Shown: piece after piece, positions 19,966 through 30,682 of the stretch
How positions within the stretch are numbered: position 1 is the first letter of the stretch
Layout: each line of letters begins with the position of its first letter
NCBI GenBank assembly: GCA_963681965.1
Contig: OY820579.1
Coordinates: forward strand, 2,176,001 to 2,240,000
DNA length: 64,000 nt
Source: a bacterium
GTDB taxonomy: Bacteria; Electryoneota; JAOADG01
Direction: 5' to 3'
Translations under genes and position numbers: made by a program
The notes under the pieces: model-generated
Seen by the model: only the letters and a program-made list of their open reading frames with translations
What the model was told of the DNA's origin: nothing
Databases searched by the model: none

Positions 19966-20213
19966 GTAGTCGCAGGTTTCAGCTTTCATTCGTTTTGGTA
20001 GCGGCGGACTTTAGTCCGCACTTTTTTTTCTTTTTCATGTTCTTCATTTTTTTTACTCGCAATCAATATTCTTCGATTCATGTTTGATTTGTATCTTTCC
20101 CAACCACCCAACACCTACCACCCAATCCCCATCTTTTACGTAGCCGCAGGCTTTAGCCTGCGTTCATTTTTTATCTTGTATCCTGTAGTAGGGGCGGATC
20201 CCCGCATCCGCCA
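19966..20213 (+). repeat. Cluster of co-oriented GTAG REP hairpins
   Basis: gtagtcgcaggtttcagc (19966), gtagcggcggactttagtccgc (19998), gtagccgcaggctttagcctgcg (20140), gtaggggcggatccccgcatccgcc (20188). C-rich heptamers at 20098-20130. Confidence 0.75.
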
Positions 20214-20262
20214 GTTCATTTTTTTGAATACTTTCAGTCCCGGAGTATCGATGTTTTCTAAG

Positions 20263-20420
20263 TGGAAGTTAGGCTTTAGCCTGACAATACTGAGCTGAAG
20301 CGGTGGACTAAAAGAGTCCGCGTTCTATTCTTCGCAGGTTCGCTCGCGAGACAACCGTGGGGTGATGCATAAAAAACGTCGGTAAAAAAAAACAAAAGTC
20401 AGGCTAAAGTCTAACCTCCA
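20263..20420. repeat. Inverted REP doublet (REPIN-like)
   Basis: tggaagttaggctttagcctgac ... gtcaggctaaagtctaacctcca are 23-bp inverted repeats with 2 mismatches around a ~112-bp spacer. Confidence 0.65.
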
Positions 20421-20441
20421 AAATATACTTCACACTGTGAA

Positions 20442-22601
20442 CTACTTCAACAACACCAGCTTTTGTGTCTGCGAAAACTCACCCGCTTGCAACCTTGCAA
20501 AATAGGTTCCCGAGGATAGCGACTTGCCATCGAAATGAACAACATACTCGCCGGGATTTTGGTGGAAATCGATCAGTTTTGCGACTTCACGACCGGTGAT
20601 ATCGAAAATTTTCAGCGATACTTTTCCTTCATGTGCGATCGAATATTTCAGCTCAGTAGTGGCATTGAAAGGATTGGGATAATTCGGTTTCAACTCGAAA
20701 CTCGCGGGTATCGATTCGCTACTGCGATCGACCACGCCGAGCGCTTGAGAACAGTCGTAGATACCGAATTCCTGACCGGCTGCCAAATAAACAGTATCGC
20801 CAGAAACAAGAATTCCTGAAGCTGGATCGAACGTATTATAGTATCCGACCAATCGCGGAGCAGCAGGATTGGCGATATTCACAACACTTAATCGATTCTG
20901 ATAATTCCCTCCCGGTCTCCCATTGGTAATAAATGCGTAGTTCCCGGAAACAGCAATATCATTCGCCCACCATCTTTGCGAGTACGAACCTACAATCGTT
21001 GGTGCACCGGGATTGTTAACATTTAAAATAGTTAGACCGGATCCATTGACGATATAGACGAAATTGTTTTGTACCGCAAACGACTGATTGAAAAATGAAT
21101 AAGTTGAATCGATCAGAACGGGATGAGCTGGATTGGCAATGTTATAGATTCGAAGTGGATATTCAGAACCACCGAGATAAGCATAGTCACCGTTTACCAC
21201 GATCTTATACGGAAACCAATTAAAAGCTAACGAACACACGATGGCTGGCGCAGTTGGTATCGCGAGATCGACGATGCAGAACTTGCGATTCTCTCCCACG
21301 ATGTATGCATAATGCCCGGATACTGCGATATCATGCATCAAATCATGCTGCGTGAGCATAGTATCGGGTGGTCGTGTCGCAAGTGAATCGAGGTGATAAA
21401 TCAGACCTTGATGGTAATCGGTTGCATAAAGGTAATTATTGTAAATTGCCATTCCAGTTATGGGATCATTTGTTGAAGCATATCCGGTGGAAACCAATGA
21501 ATCATTGGCATCGATTTCGGCAAATTCCAATCCACGATTGTAACCCCCGATCAAAAATCGATTCCCACTGCGAATGAGCGTGGTTGCGTAACCGGGACGG
21601 CAAAACTCACCGACAACGCAGGCAGAATCAGGATTGGTAATATCTACGATGCATAAACCGGTATGTCCGGTAGCTAAGTATAGATAATTGCCTGCAATCG
21701 CCATATCGGCAATGGGTCCAGTTTACACGTCGGCGATATAAGTCGGGTGATTGAGATCCGCGATATTGAATATCGCAAATCCGGCGCTATCGCTAGCTAC
21801 ATACAAATAATTACCAGAGATTTGAAATGATAGTCCGAGAATATTGTATAATTCGAAATTCGAACGTAAAGTCAGAGTATGTGACGTTGATATATCGAAT
21901 ATTAGATAATTCATATCTCCGGATGCGAGAAGAAGATTCCCGAATTTTGCCAGATGACGAATATTCCCGCCATTAACTAGACTGTAGTGCCCACATACTG
22001 CCATTGAATCCAGATTGTGAATATCGACAATTCGGATACCGCTATCGCCTGCAGCAGTGAAGATATAATCACCATCGACTACTAAATCGTACGTCGTTCC
22101 GGGCATCGCAAAGTTGCGCAGTATCACCGGATGGGTGGGATCGCTGACATTGATTCCACGCAATCCACTTGTTCCCATAGTTATATAGACAATTGTATCG
22201 ATAACCGCCATTCTGGATGAAAATGGTGAAAGAGCAATGCAATTGAGTGGAACGATTGTTCTTGGATTACGAACGTCATAGACTTGTATTTGGCTGGGAT
22301 TGTTTTACATCAGGTAGAGGTAATTCCCGTCAAGAGCTGTCTGGGTGATATTTCCGGTGTAAGGACACGATCCAATAACTCGCGGTGTTGTCGGCGCGGA
22401 GATATCAATGGCTTGGATGCCGAGCTTGCCATTTGCCACATAAGCGATGTCGCCATGAACAATGACGGCTTGTGTGTTGGCAAAATATAGTCGCTGCAAA
22501 CACCGGACCCCGCTGCTATCCTGTGCCCAAGAGTTTCCGATGAGCATACCGCTAATCATAATGATGAATAGCACTTGGAATAATCTAGCATTCAGTTTCA
22601 T
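20442..22601 (-). pseudogene. LVIVD-repeat beta-propeller T9SS cargo protein (719 codons) interrupted by two in-frame TAA codons
   Basis: ORFs 22305..22601, 21723..22211 and 20442..21704 share one frame. The intervening codons continue the repeat pattern (YLYLM*NNPSQIQVYDVRNP; PTYIADV*TGPIADMAIAGNYLY). Signal peptide at the N-terminus and NYPNPFN..KLVLLK at the C-terminus. Confidence 0.85.
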
Positions 22602-22789
22602 CGAAACTCCGACAATGACAGTTTCCCAAGCAGGATCGAAAAAAGTTGATTATTAATAATAATGTCGGCATGAACTACACGAAATGCAATCGAAATCGCA
22701 CCTTTCACCAAAAAAGTAGATGACTTTCTACGACCGTTACTCCCATAAAATTGCGTAAATCCCCCGTTTCCAAAAAGTCGCGTCGTCGC

Positions 22790-22825
22790 TTGTAAAGAAT
22801 CCCCGACTGTTCTATCTTTGTTCCC
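22790..22825 (+). promoter_or_regulatory. Putative sigma70 promoter giving a leaderless ruvA mRNA
   Basis: TTGTAA-17 nt-TATCTT-7 nt-ATG; no Shine-Dalgarno sequence. Confidence 0.5.
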
Positions 22826-23413
22826 ATGTACGATCGACTCACAGGAACCGTAGTGCTCCGCGAACCGGCACAAATAGTGCTGGATGTCCACGGCATCGGC
22901 TTTTCGCTGACCATTCCGCTCTCCACCTTCGATGTGGTCCCTGCACCCGGCGCGATTTGCACACTGCTCTGCTGGCTTCACGTCCGCGAAGATCAACTCG
23001 CGCTGTTCGGCTTCGCCACCGCCGACGAACGGCAGTGGTTTCAGAAACTGATCGCGCTGCCCGGCATCGGTCCAAAGCTCGCCATCGGCATCCTCTCCGG
23101 TATCCGGATCGGAGATTTCCGCGAAGCGGTACTCAACGGCGACGTCAAACGCCTCAAGAGCATCTCCGGAGTCGGTGAGAAACTGGCGCAACGAATCGCG
23201 CTGGAACTTCGTTCTGCCGTCACCGGATCGGCACCGATCGCACCGACAAACTTGCAACCCGCCGCCGCCGGGGTCTATCAGGATGCGGTACAGGCATTGG
23301 AGACACTCGGCATTGCCCGTGTCGTCGCCGAAAAGAATGTCGCGAAAGTGTTAAAAGAGCATCCCGATCTAGGGGTCAGCGATGCCGTCCAGAAAGCGCT
23401 AAGCAATGGCTGA
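22826..23413 (+). CDS. ruvA: Holliday junction branch migration protein RuvA
   Basis: [45 protein letters not shown]. Confidence 0.97.
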   Translation: MYDRLTGTVVLREPAQIVLDVHGIGFSLTIPLSTFDVVPAPGAICTLLCWLHVREDQLALFGFATADERQWFQKLIALPGIGPKLAIGILSGIRIGDFREAVLNGDVKRLKSISGVGEKLAQRIALELRSAVTGSAPIAPTNLQPAAAGVYQDAVQALETLGIARVVAEKNVAKVLKEHPDLGVSDAVQKALSNG

Positions 23414-24443
23414 CGCACCGGAAAATGCTCGCCAGAATCCCATCCTAACGGCTTCGCCCGACGATGCGCAGTGGGATGTTCAGCTCCGTCCGTCGCGCCT
23501 TTCGGAATTTGTCGGTCAGAATAAAATCAAAGACAATCTCAGTGTTTTCATCCAAGCTGCTAAAGAGCGCGGGGAAGCGCTTGACCACGTCTTGTTCAGC
23601 GGTCCTCCTGGCTTGGGTAAAACCACACTCGCGTCGATCGTCGCCAATGAACTCGGTGTCGACTTTCGTTCGACCTCCGGACCGACATTGGAACGCCCCG
23701 CCGATCTGGCAGGGATCTTGACCTCGCTTTCGCCCCGATCCATCCTGTTTATCGATGAAATCCACCGCTTGAATCCGATTGTCGAAGAGTATCTATATCC
23801 CGCTCTGGAAGATTTCCGGATCGATATTGTGATCGATAAAGGTCCAGCGGCACGCACAATTCAACTCAACCTTCCGCCCTTCACCATGATTGGCGCCACG
23901 ACCCGCGCGGGATTGTTGACGGCGCCGTTGCGCGCCCGGTTCGGGGTCTCGGCGCGACTTGACTATTATCACGCATCCGATTTGGCAAAAATCGTTCATC
24001 GCAGTGCGAAACTCCTATCGGTCACAGTCGATAGTGCCGCTTCCACCGAAATCGCCAGCCGCTCGCGCGGTACACCGCGAATTGCCAACCGTCTGCTTCG
24101 TCGATTGCGCGACTTTGCACAAGTCGAAGGGAATGGAAACATCGATCTGACTTTGGCGAAACGCAGCCTGCACCGTCTCGATATCGATGAAGCCGGTCTC
24201 GACGATATGGACAAACGAATCCTGCAAGCCTTGATTCAGAAATTCGGCGGGGGTCCTGTAGGATTAACGACAATCGCGGTCGCAGTCGGGGAAGATGCCG
24301 GCACGATCGAAGAAGTGTACGAACCGTTCCTGATTCAGGAAGGATTCCTCGCACGAACCCCGCGCGGACGGGTTGCAACCGATCTCGCCTATCGTCACCT
24401 CGGACAAAAACGAACCGGTGGATCGCAGGAGACATTGCTTTGA
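23406..24443 (+). CDS. ruvB: Holliday junction DNA helicase RuvB
   Basis: [48 protein letters not shown]. Confidence 0.99.
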   Translation: MADAPENARQNPILTASPDDAQWDVQLRPSRLSEFVGQNKIKDNLSVFIQAAKERGEALDHVLFSGPPGLGKTTLASIVANELGVDFRSTSGPTLERPADLAGILTSLSPRSILFIDEIHRLNPIVEEYLYPALEDFRIDIVIDKGPAARTIQLNLPPFTMIGATTRAGLLTAPLRARFGVSARLDYYHASDLAKIVHRSAKLLSVTVDSAASTEIASRSRGTPRIANRLLRRLRDFAQVEGNGNIDLTLAKRSLHRLDIDEAGLDDMDKRILQALIQKFGGGPVGLTTIAVAVGEDAGTIEEVYEPFLIQEGFLARTPRGRVATDLAYRHLGQKRTGGSQETLL

Positions 24444-25552
24444 CCGATGTACTAGAAAATAATCTGCTCGATCCCGAATTGTCGTTGGAACGATTTAATT
24501 TCGATTTACCACCGGATCACATCGCACAGCAACCGGTGGAACCGCGCGATAACGCAAAGCTGTTGGTCTTTCGACGCGATACCGGGGAGCTGACCCATCA
24601 TCGCGTGTTCGAATTGCCCGAGCTGCTCAATCCCGGCGACCTACTTATTCGCAATAACAGCAAAGTGATTCCTGCCCGATTGCACACCACCGGCAAAGGT
24701 GGCGGTAAAATCGAGATTCTGTTGGCAGAACCTCTTTCTGAACCGGGAAACGATAGCTATAAAACCGCGCTGAATGGCTACGGTATCAGCAAATGGCGGA
24801 TCTTGGCGAAGCCGTCACGACGCTTCCGAATCGGCGACACTTTCCAATTAGCGGGTGGTGCCGAACTGACGGTCGATGCGATTCGCAATCGCGGCGAGCG
24901 CTTTGTGACGATTAAATTGCACGAGCGAATTCGATTTCTCGATTGGTTGACGCAATTCGGCGAAATCCCGCTGCCACCGTATATCGATCGAACCGCGACC
25001 GAAGCCGACCGTATGCGCTATCAAACTGTCTTTGCCGATCCTGCCGGATCGGTCGCTGCTCCGACAGCGGGATTGCATTTTACTCCGGAACTCGAAACCC
25101 GACTGCACCAGCGCGGAATCGAATTTGCCGATCTAACGCTGCATGTCGGCTTGGGCACATTCCAGCCGGTACGAGCCGAATCGATCGATCAACATCGCAT
25201 TCTACCGGAATGGGTCGAGGTCCCCGAAACCGTGATCCAGCAAATTCGCGCAGCACGCGCTCGCAATGGCAGAATTATTGCAGTCGGAACGACTTCAACC
25301 CGCTCGCTCGAGCAGTGGGGTAAATCACCGGACAGCAATCAATATCAGGGGTGGTGCGATTTGTATTTGCGTCCCGGACACCATTTTCAAGTGGTTCAGG
25401 GACTGATGACCAATTTTCATCTACCGAAATCAAGCCTGTTTATCTTGATCAGCGCTTTCCTCGGTCGGGAAGTTGCACTCAAGATTTATCAGGAAGCGAT
25501 CCAACAAAATTACCGGTTCTATAGCTATGGCGACGCCTGCCTTTTCCTCTAG
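24440..25552 (+). CDS. queA: SAM:tRNA ribosyltransferase-isomerase
   Basis: [58 protein letters not shown]. Confidence 0.98.
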   Translation: MTDVLENNLLDPELSLERFNFDLPPDHIAQQPVEPRDNAKLLVFRRDTGELTHHRVFELPELLNPGDLLIRNNSKVIPARLHTTGKGGGKIEILLAEPLSEPGNDSYKTALNGYGISKWRILAKPSRRFRIGDTFQLAGGAELTVDAIRNRGERFVTIKLHERIRFLDWLTQFGEIPLPPYIDRTATEADRMRYQTVFADPAGSVAAPTAGLHFTPELETRLHQRGIEFADLTLHVGLGTFQPVRAESIDQHRILPEWVEVPETVIQQIRAARARNGRIIAVGTTSTRSLEQWGKSPDSNQYQGWCDLYLRPGHHFQVVQGLMTNFHLPKSSLFILISAFLGREVALKIYQEAIQQNYRFYSYGDACLFL

Positions 25553-26744
25553 TAGTAAACGCGACACCGTCTGGGGAATTGTGGTCGGAGGTGGATCAGG
25601 TTCCCGCTTTGGTGCTTCTACTCCGAAACAATTTCTCCCGTTGGGTGATCGGCTGGTCATCGAATGGTCGATCGAAGCATTCTGCAATGCCGATTGCATT
25701 GACCGTTTGATCGTTGTGATTCCACCTGAAACCATTAATGAGTACGAGAAGAAATGGTATCGGTACGAACCGAAATTATTTGCGGTCGTAGCCGGTGGAC
25801 AGACTCGCTTTGAATCGGTGTCGAATGCACTGGCAGCGTTACCACCCGATGCGGAATATGTAATGATTCACGATGCCGCGCGTCCCGGTGTGCAAGTCGA
25901 TTTAATCGACACGGTTTTCAATGCGATGAAAATGTTTGGTGCGGCACTGCCAGTGCTGGAAATTCCCTCCACCGTAAAACGGGTGGAAGGGGGAATTATC
26001 CGCAACACCATCGACCGGAAACAGTTGCGTTTGGCACAGACCCCGCAGGGATTTCGCCTCGACCTGTTGCAGGCTGGGATCAAGGATGCCGGTGATTGGG
26101 CAAAAGAAGCGACCGACGAAATTCAGTTGGTCGAACAACTACCGGGTGTTACAGTGAATACTGTTCCGGGATCGAGTCTCAATGAAAAGATTACTGTCAA
26201 TCAAGACTTTTCTTCGGTGGTTGCCATGCTGACTTCTTCAACTAGTTCATCCACAGCCGAATTGCTCACGGGCATCGGTTATGACGTCCATCAATTTGCT
26301 GAAGGACGACCGTTGGTCATCGGCGGCATCAAATTCGATTCGCCGATCGGTCTACTGGGTCATAGCGATGCGGATGTATTGACGCACGCAATCGCCGATG
26401 CGATTCTTGGTGCGGCATCGATGGGTGATATCGGAACCCATTTTCCCGATTCCGATCCGACTTGGAAAGATGCCGACAGTATCGTGCTGCTCCGGCATGT
26501 TGCGAAAATTATCGAGAAATTCGGCTATATGGTCAGTCACATCGATTCGACACTCATCATGGAATCGCCGAAAGTGATGCCGCGACGGGAAGATATGTGC
26601 AATCGGATTGCCACCGCGTTGGGTATCGGTGCCAATCAGGTCTCGATTAAGGCAACCACCAACGAAGGGATCGGATTCATTGGACGCAAGGAAGGTGCGG
26701 CAGCGATCGCAATTGCGACCGTAAAACGGGGTCATCGTGGTTGA
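25527..26744 (+). CDS. ispDF: Bifunctional IspD/IspF (MEP pathway)
   Basis: GGGSGSRFG..PKQF, HDAARP and QTPQGF (IspD) fused to GIGYDVH, GHSDADV..HAIADA, DIGTHFP and KATTNE (IspF). Confidence 0.95.
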   Translation: MATPAFSSSSKRDTVWGIVVGGGSGSRFGASTPKQFLPLGDRLVIEWSIEAFCNADCIDRLIVVIPPETINEYEKKWYRYEPKLFAVVAGGQTRFESVSNALAALPPDAEYVMIHDAARPGVQVDLIDTVFNAMKMFGAALPVLEIPSTVKRVEGGIIRNTIDRKQLRLAQTPQGFRLDLLQAGIKDAGDWAKEATDEIQLVEQLPGVTVNTVPGSSLNEKITVNQDFSSVVAMLTSSTSSSTAELLTGIGYDVHQFAEGRPLVIGGIKFDSPIGLLGHSDADVLTHAIADAILGAASMGDIGTHFPDSDPTWKDADSIVLLRHVAKIIEKFGYMVSHIDSTLIMESPKVMPRREDMCNRIATALGIGANQVSIKATTNEGIGFIGRKEGAAAIAIATVKRGHRG

Positions 26745-27399
26745 GCAGTATATCCTTGATATTGCACGATGGCTCGACAGTTTTCACGACTGGGTCATTT
26801 ATCTTGCAATCGCATTGATATCGTTCATCGAAAATCTCTTTCCTCCCTTTCCCGGCGATGTATTGACGGTATTCACCGGGATTTATGTCCGGCAAGGACG
26901 GATCGATTTCCTTCCGGCATACGCTTGGTCGGTGGTCGGCGCTACCTTCGGATATTACCTCCAATTCTTGATCTTCAGCTCGTTTGCTCACTGGCTCGAA
27001 CGCCCATGGTTCAAAAAATATTTTCCGGATACCGAGCATCGTCGCGTCGAAGTGCTGTTTGGTAAATTCGGTAATTGGTTGATCGTCGCCAATCGCTTTT
27101 TGTCCGGCATTCGCTCGATGATTGCACTCACCGCAGCGATCGCCAAATATCCGCGCACGCAATTCTTTTTCCTGACGCTGCTGGCTTGCGCGATGTACAA
27201 CTACGTATTGTTACTGCTCGGCTGGGCAATCGGCGGACGAGTGCATTCGATCGATCAGATGTTGGGACGATCGAAACATCTGCTGGAAACATTTGGTATT
27301 GTACCACTGATTTTTTCTGGTGCAGTGTTTATCTTTTTGATTGTTTATTTCATTCGCATGCATCGCTCGCGGAAAGGAACGAATGAGCGCGAGAGTTAG
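26737..27399 (+). CDS. DedA family membrane protein
   Basis: ENLFPPFPGD, FGKFG..ANRFLSGIR; several TM helices. Confidence 0.9.
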   Translation: MVEQYILDIARWLDSFHDWVIYLAIALISFIENLFPPFPGDVLTVFTGIYVRQGRIDFLPAYAWSVVGATFGYYLQFLIFSSFAHWLERPWFKKYFPDTEHRRVEVLFGKFGNWLIVANRFLSGIRSMIALTAAIAKYPRTQFFFLTLLACAMYNYVLLLLGWAIGGRVHSIDQMLGRSKHLLETFGIVPLIFSGAVFIFLIVYFIRMHRSRKGTNERES

Positions 27400-28744
27400 A
27401 TTTGCCCCGTCTCCGACCGGTGAAATGCATATCGGCGGATTGCGGACAGCGTTGTACGATTGGCTCTGGGCGCGTCATACCGGTGGAGCGATTGTACTTC
27501 GGATCGACGATACCGACCGTACCCGATTTGTCGAAGGGGCGGAAGAACGCCTGACTGCGCTGCTTGCGCAATTCGGAATCGTCGCCGACGAATCGCCTGC
27601 AAACGGCGGTCCGTTCGCACCGTACCGTCAATCGGAACGATTGCATCTGTATCGCGAGGCGATCGATCGTTTGCTCGAAAACGGGAGTGCCTACCGCTGT
27701 TTCTGTACCAACGAGCGGATCGAGGCGATGCAGGCGACACGGCGTGCACAAAAGCTGCCACCGCGCTACGACCGGTTCTGCCGTAATTTGTCGAAGGAAG
27801 AATCCGATCGTCGGGCGCAAACGGAATCGTATACAATTCGAATTGCGATGCCGGATCGCGATCTAATCGTTCATGATGAATTGCGAGGCGATATCCACTT
27901 CAAAGCGGGCTCAACCGACGATACGATTTTATGGAAGAGTGACGGTTATCCCACCTATCATGTCGCAACCGTGGTCGATGATGCGATGATGAAGATCAGC
28001 GATGTGTTGCGCGGGGAGGAGTGGCTCTCGTCATTGCCGATCCACGCGACGATTGCGGCAGGACTCGGGTTGACGCTGCCGCGAATGTATCACATCGGAC
28101 TGATGGTCGACAGTGAAGGGAAGAAGATGTCTAAGCGCACCGGTGGCGCGGAGGCATCCGGTTGGCTGGAGCGGGGTATTCCGCTGGACGCGATTCTGAA
28201 TGGCGTCGCGCGGCTCGGCTGGGATCCCGGAACCAATGCGTTGTTGTCGCTGGAGCAAATGGCGGAGATGTTCGATCTAGCGCAATTGACGACGCACTCG
28301 GTGATGTTTTCCGAAAGCAACTTCACGCATTTTGCGCGGGAAGCGATTGCCTCCGTTCCACTGGCACGATTGATGGAACAGGCACCGTCGCTGCAAGCGT
28401 TGGCGGATCGCGATCCCGATCAGGTGGCGCTGGCATTTTCTCGTGAGGAAGTGGAAACACTCGATGCACTCAGTGAAAAATGGCAATGGTGGCTCGATTT
28501 ACGCGATGGCAGAATTTCGCTGCCGGAAACACCGCCGATTCCCGCGGGATTTGTCGAATCGCTGGCGGAATTCGAACAGCTCGATCTGTGGCTGAAGAAT
28601 TTATCGAAGGCGACGGGATTGAAGGGGAAGGAACTCTGGATGACGCTGCGTCGCAAATTGACCGGCATGGAGCATGGTCCGGAGATGGTTCGCATCGTGA
28701 ATTTCATCGGACGCGAACGCCTGAAGGCGCTGCTTCTCGCATAG
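27383..28744 (+). CDS. gltX: Glutamate--tRNA ligase
   Basis: RVRFAPSPTGEMHIGG, RIDDTD, YRQSER, CFC, PTYH..VVDD, RGEEW, KMSKR. Confidence 0.95.
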   Translation: MSARVRFAPSPTGEMHIGGLRTALYDWLWARHTGGAIVLRIDDTDRTRFVEGAEERLTALLAQFGIVADESPANGGPFAPYRQSERLHLYREAIDRLLENGSAYRCFCTNERIEAMQATRRAQKLPPRYDRFCRNLSKEESDRRAQTESYTIRIAMPDRDLIVHDELRGDIHFKAGSTDDTILWKSDGYPTYHVATVVDDAMMKISDVLRGEEWLSSLPIHATIAAGLGLTLPRMYHIGLMVDSEGKKMSKRTGGAEASGWLERGIPLDAILNGVARLGWDPGTNALLSLEQMAEMFDLAQLTTHSVMFSESNFTHFAREAIASVPLARLMEQAPSLQALADRDPDQVALAFSREEVETLDALSEKWQWWLDLRDGRISLPETPPIPAGFVESLAEFEQLDLWLKNLSKATGLKGKELWMTLRRKLTGMEHGPEMVRIVNFIGRERLKALLLA

Positions 28745-28783
28745 GCAATTCGCCGACACTATTTTTCTATCTTGTATTTTATA

Positions 28784-28809
28784 GTAGGGGCGGGCTCCCA
28801 TGCCCGCCC
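28784..28809 (+). repeat. GTAG-family REP hairpin
   Basis: gtaggggcgggctcccatgcccgccc. Confidence 0.75.
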
Positions 28810-28832
28810 GTTCTTGTATCTTTTTTCTTATT

Positions 28833-29043
28833 TAGCCGCAGGCTTCAGCCTGCGTTTTTTTTATTCTTGAATCTAGTATCCTTTTAAGGGTGACCCTCCG
28901 CATCCGCCCGATCTTTTTCTTTCGTAGCCGCAGACTTCAGCCTGCGTTTTTTTTATTCTTGAATCTAGTATCCTTTTAAGGGTGACCCTCCGCATCCGCC
29001 CGATCTTTTTCTTTCGTAGCCGCAGACTTCAGCCTGCGTTTTT
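28833..29043 (+). repeat. 92-bp tandem repeat (2.3 copies) built from REP hairpins
   Basis: tagccgcag(g/a)cttcagcctgcg recurs at 28833, 28925 and 29017. The intervening segments are identical. Confidence 0.9.
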
Positions 29044-29464
29044 CAAATGGCGCAATAAAATTTCTTTATAATGCGGCGATACTATAAAGTTTTCTTTGTT
29101 GACTTCTAATAAACAAATTTTGTTGAAATTATTTTGAGAATCTTGACATTTCTCAAAAGAGTCATTATTCTAATTGAAATTAGATTTGTTGAAATATTGG
29201 TAAGGGGATAAAATGAAAGATCGAAATGTAGTAATTGCAGAAGTGACAAGAGTTCGTTCATTTTACCTGACGCTCGTAAGTATAATTCAATCGTTAACAT
29301 TAGGTTACCTTCTAAACAAATATTTTGAAATCCTCGCCAGAGGCGAAATGACTGTCATCTTAACAATTCACAGCCTCTGTTCATTAATTGCGATTATCTT
29401 AATATGGCATGAATATGCTGTAGGTGCAGATTCTATTAAATGGCGAGTTGATTTTATTGATAGC

Positions 29465-30682
29465 GAAACCTCTGAAAAAATCACTTTTGTATCACTCTCT
29501 TTTGCCTCATCAGTCTGATTTCGACGATTTTCGAAATGAATTGCAAATTTTAGTGTAATTGGGGTCGATTTTGGTTGGATTTTTTGATGATTTTCGGTGA
29601 TTTCTGCTGCTTGGGCAGAGTTCACTCTCCGATTTATCGTTTTTCAGGTTACCAGCACCAGTTTGCAGGCCCGTTTCAAGTTCACTGCCATGGCGGTAAA
29701 GTAGACTTGTGTCAGATTCCGTTCGATACCGTAATAGCGCAAACGCGCGAGGTGTCCCCACCGCTTCAAGTCGTTCATCTTGGCTTCGATCCGGCTTCGG
29801 ATCCGTGAGTTGGATCGATTGCGGCATCGCTCATGTTCCGTCAAGCGACGATTGCGTCTTGCCTTGTGAAGAATGCCGTCGTACCAGTGGCGGGCGTGAA
29901 TCAAGTTGCGGTGTGCCGTCGAATCGTACGCCTTGTCGGCAAACACGCCACCGGTGTCGTCGGGAAGCAATGCCTCGAACACCTGCGAGTCGTGAACAAT
30001 ATTCGATGTCAAGTCGACTGCTTCGATCAGCTCGCTTTCATGATCCATCGAAACATGCACTTTCATCCCGTCGACCGGTTTATCTTTGCGGACCGTGATG
30101 GTTACATCGGGGTCGACCGGAGTACCGTCGGCACGGGTGGAGCCCGCAGTCGTGGCACCCTTGACCAATGTCGCGTCGACCAGTGTACAACTGCGAACGA
30201 ATAGACCGAACGAAGCCAACTGACGGTTCAATTCATTGAACAATTCCTTCTCGTAACGAAAGTCGCGCAACCGTTGACGGAACCGAACCAGGGTCGAATC
30301 GTCCAACAGATAATCGCGAACGGTAAAACCGATAAACCGTTCGAAGCTGCGTCGGTCGTGGATCTCCTGCACCACTTGTACATCCGACAGACCGTACCAT
30401 TGTTCCAACAGCAACGCTTTGAACAACATCAACGGCGGGATCGGGGGGCGACCGCGGGTGCCGCGGTACATCCGCATTAGCAGCGACTCGATCGGACGAA
30501 AATCGATCAACCGATCGATCTCATCAAGCATGCTCTTCTTGTGACGGCGACACTGATCGTCTAGTTCACCGAAGGTAATCCATTCGCGGGTAGAGGGAAC
30601 GAGGGACATTGTAAACTCCGTTATAGGCTCTAACGGCAATACGAGATAATCATCAAAAACGTGGGATTAAATCAGAGGTTTC
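29465..30682 (-). mobile_element. IS5-family insertion sequence, 1218 bp
   Basis: Inverted repeats GAAACCTCTGAaaaAATC / GATTaaaTCAGAGGTTTC (15/18). Direct repeat ATAGC at 29460-29464 and 30683-30687. Confidence 0.92.
29644..30609 (-). CDS. IS5-family DDE transposase
   Basis: GRPP...MLFKALLLEQWYGLSD, DDSTLVRFR, VDATLV, GMKVH, VHDS, FADKAY, RSRIE..LKR. ATG at 30609 with a GGAG RBS. Confidence 0.95.
   Translation of the reverse strand: MSLVPSTREWITFGELDDQCRRHKKSMLDEIDRLIDFRPIESLLMRMYRGTRGRPPIPPLMLFKALLLEQWYGLSDVQVVQEIHDRRSFERFIGFTVRDYLLDDSTLVRFRQRLRDFRYEKELFNELNRQLASFGLFVRSCTLVDATLVKGATTAGSTRADGTPVDPDVTITVRKDKPVDGMKVHVSMDHESELIEAVDLTSNIVHDSQVFEALLPDDTGGVFADKAYDSTAHRNLIHARHWYDGILHKARRNRRLTEHERCRNRSNSRIRSRIEAKMNDLKRWGHLARLRYYGIERNLTQVYFTAMAVNLKRACKLVLVT

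Noticed and set aside
21723-22307. Genome-wide TAA reassignment
   Set aside because: Conserved genes such as rpmE, gmk, dnaB and the ferredoxin end correctly at TAA.
25527-26744. IspD-IspF fusion as a novelty
   Set aside because: Bifunctional IspDF is well known in several bacterial phyla.
28833-29043. Three equally spaced palindromic repeats as a mini-CRISPR array
   Set aside because: The spacers are identical and too long (~69 bp), the repeats belong to the dispersed REP family, and no cas genes are present.
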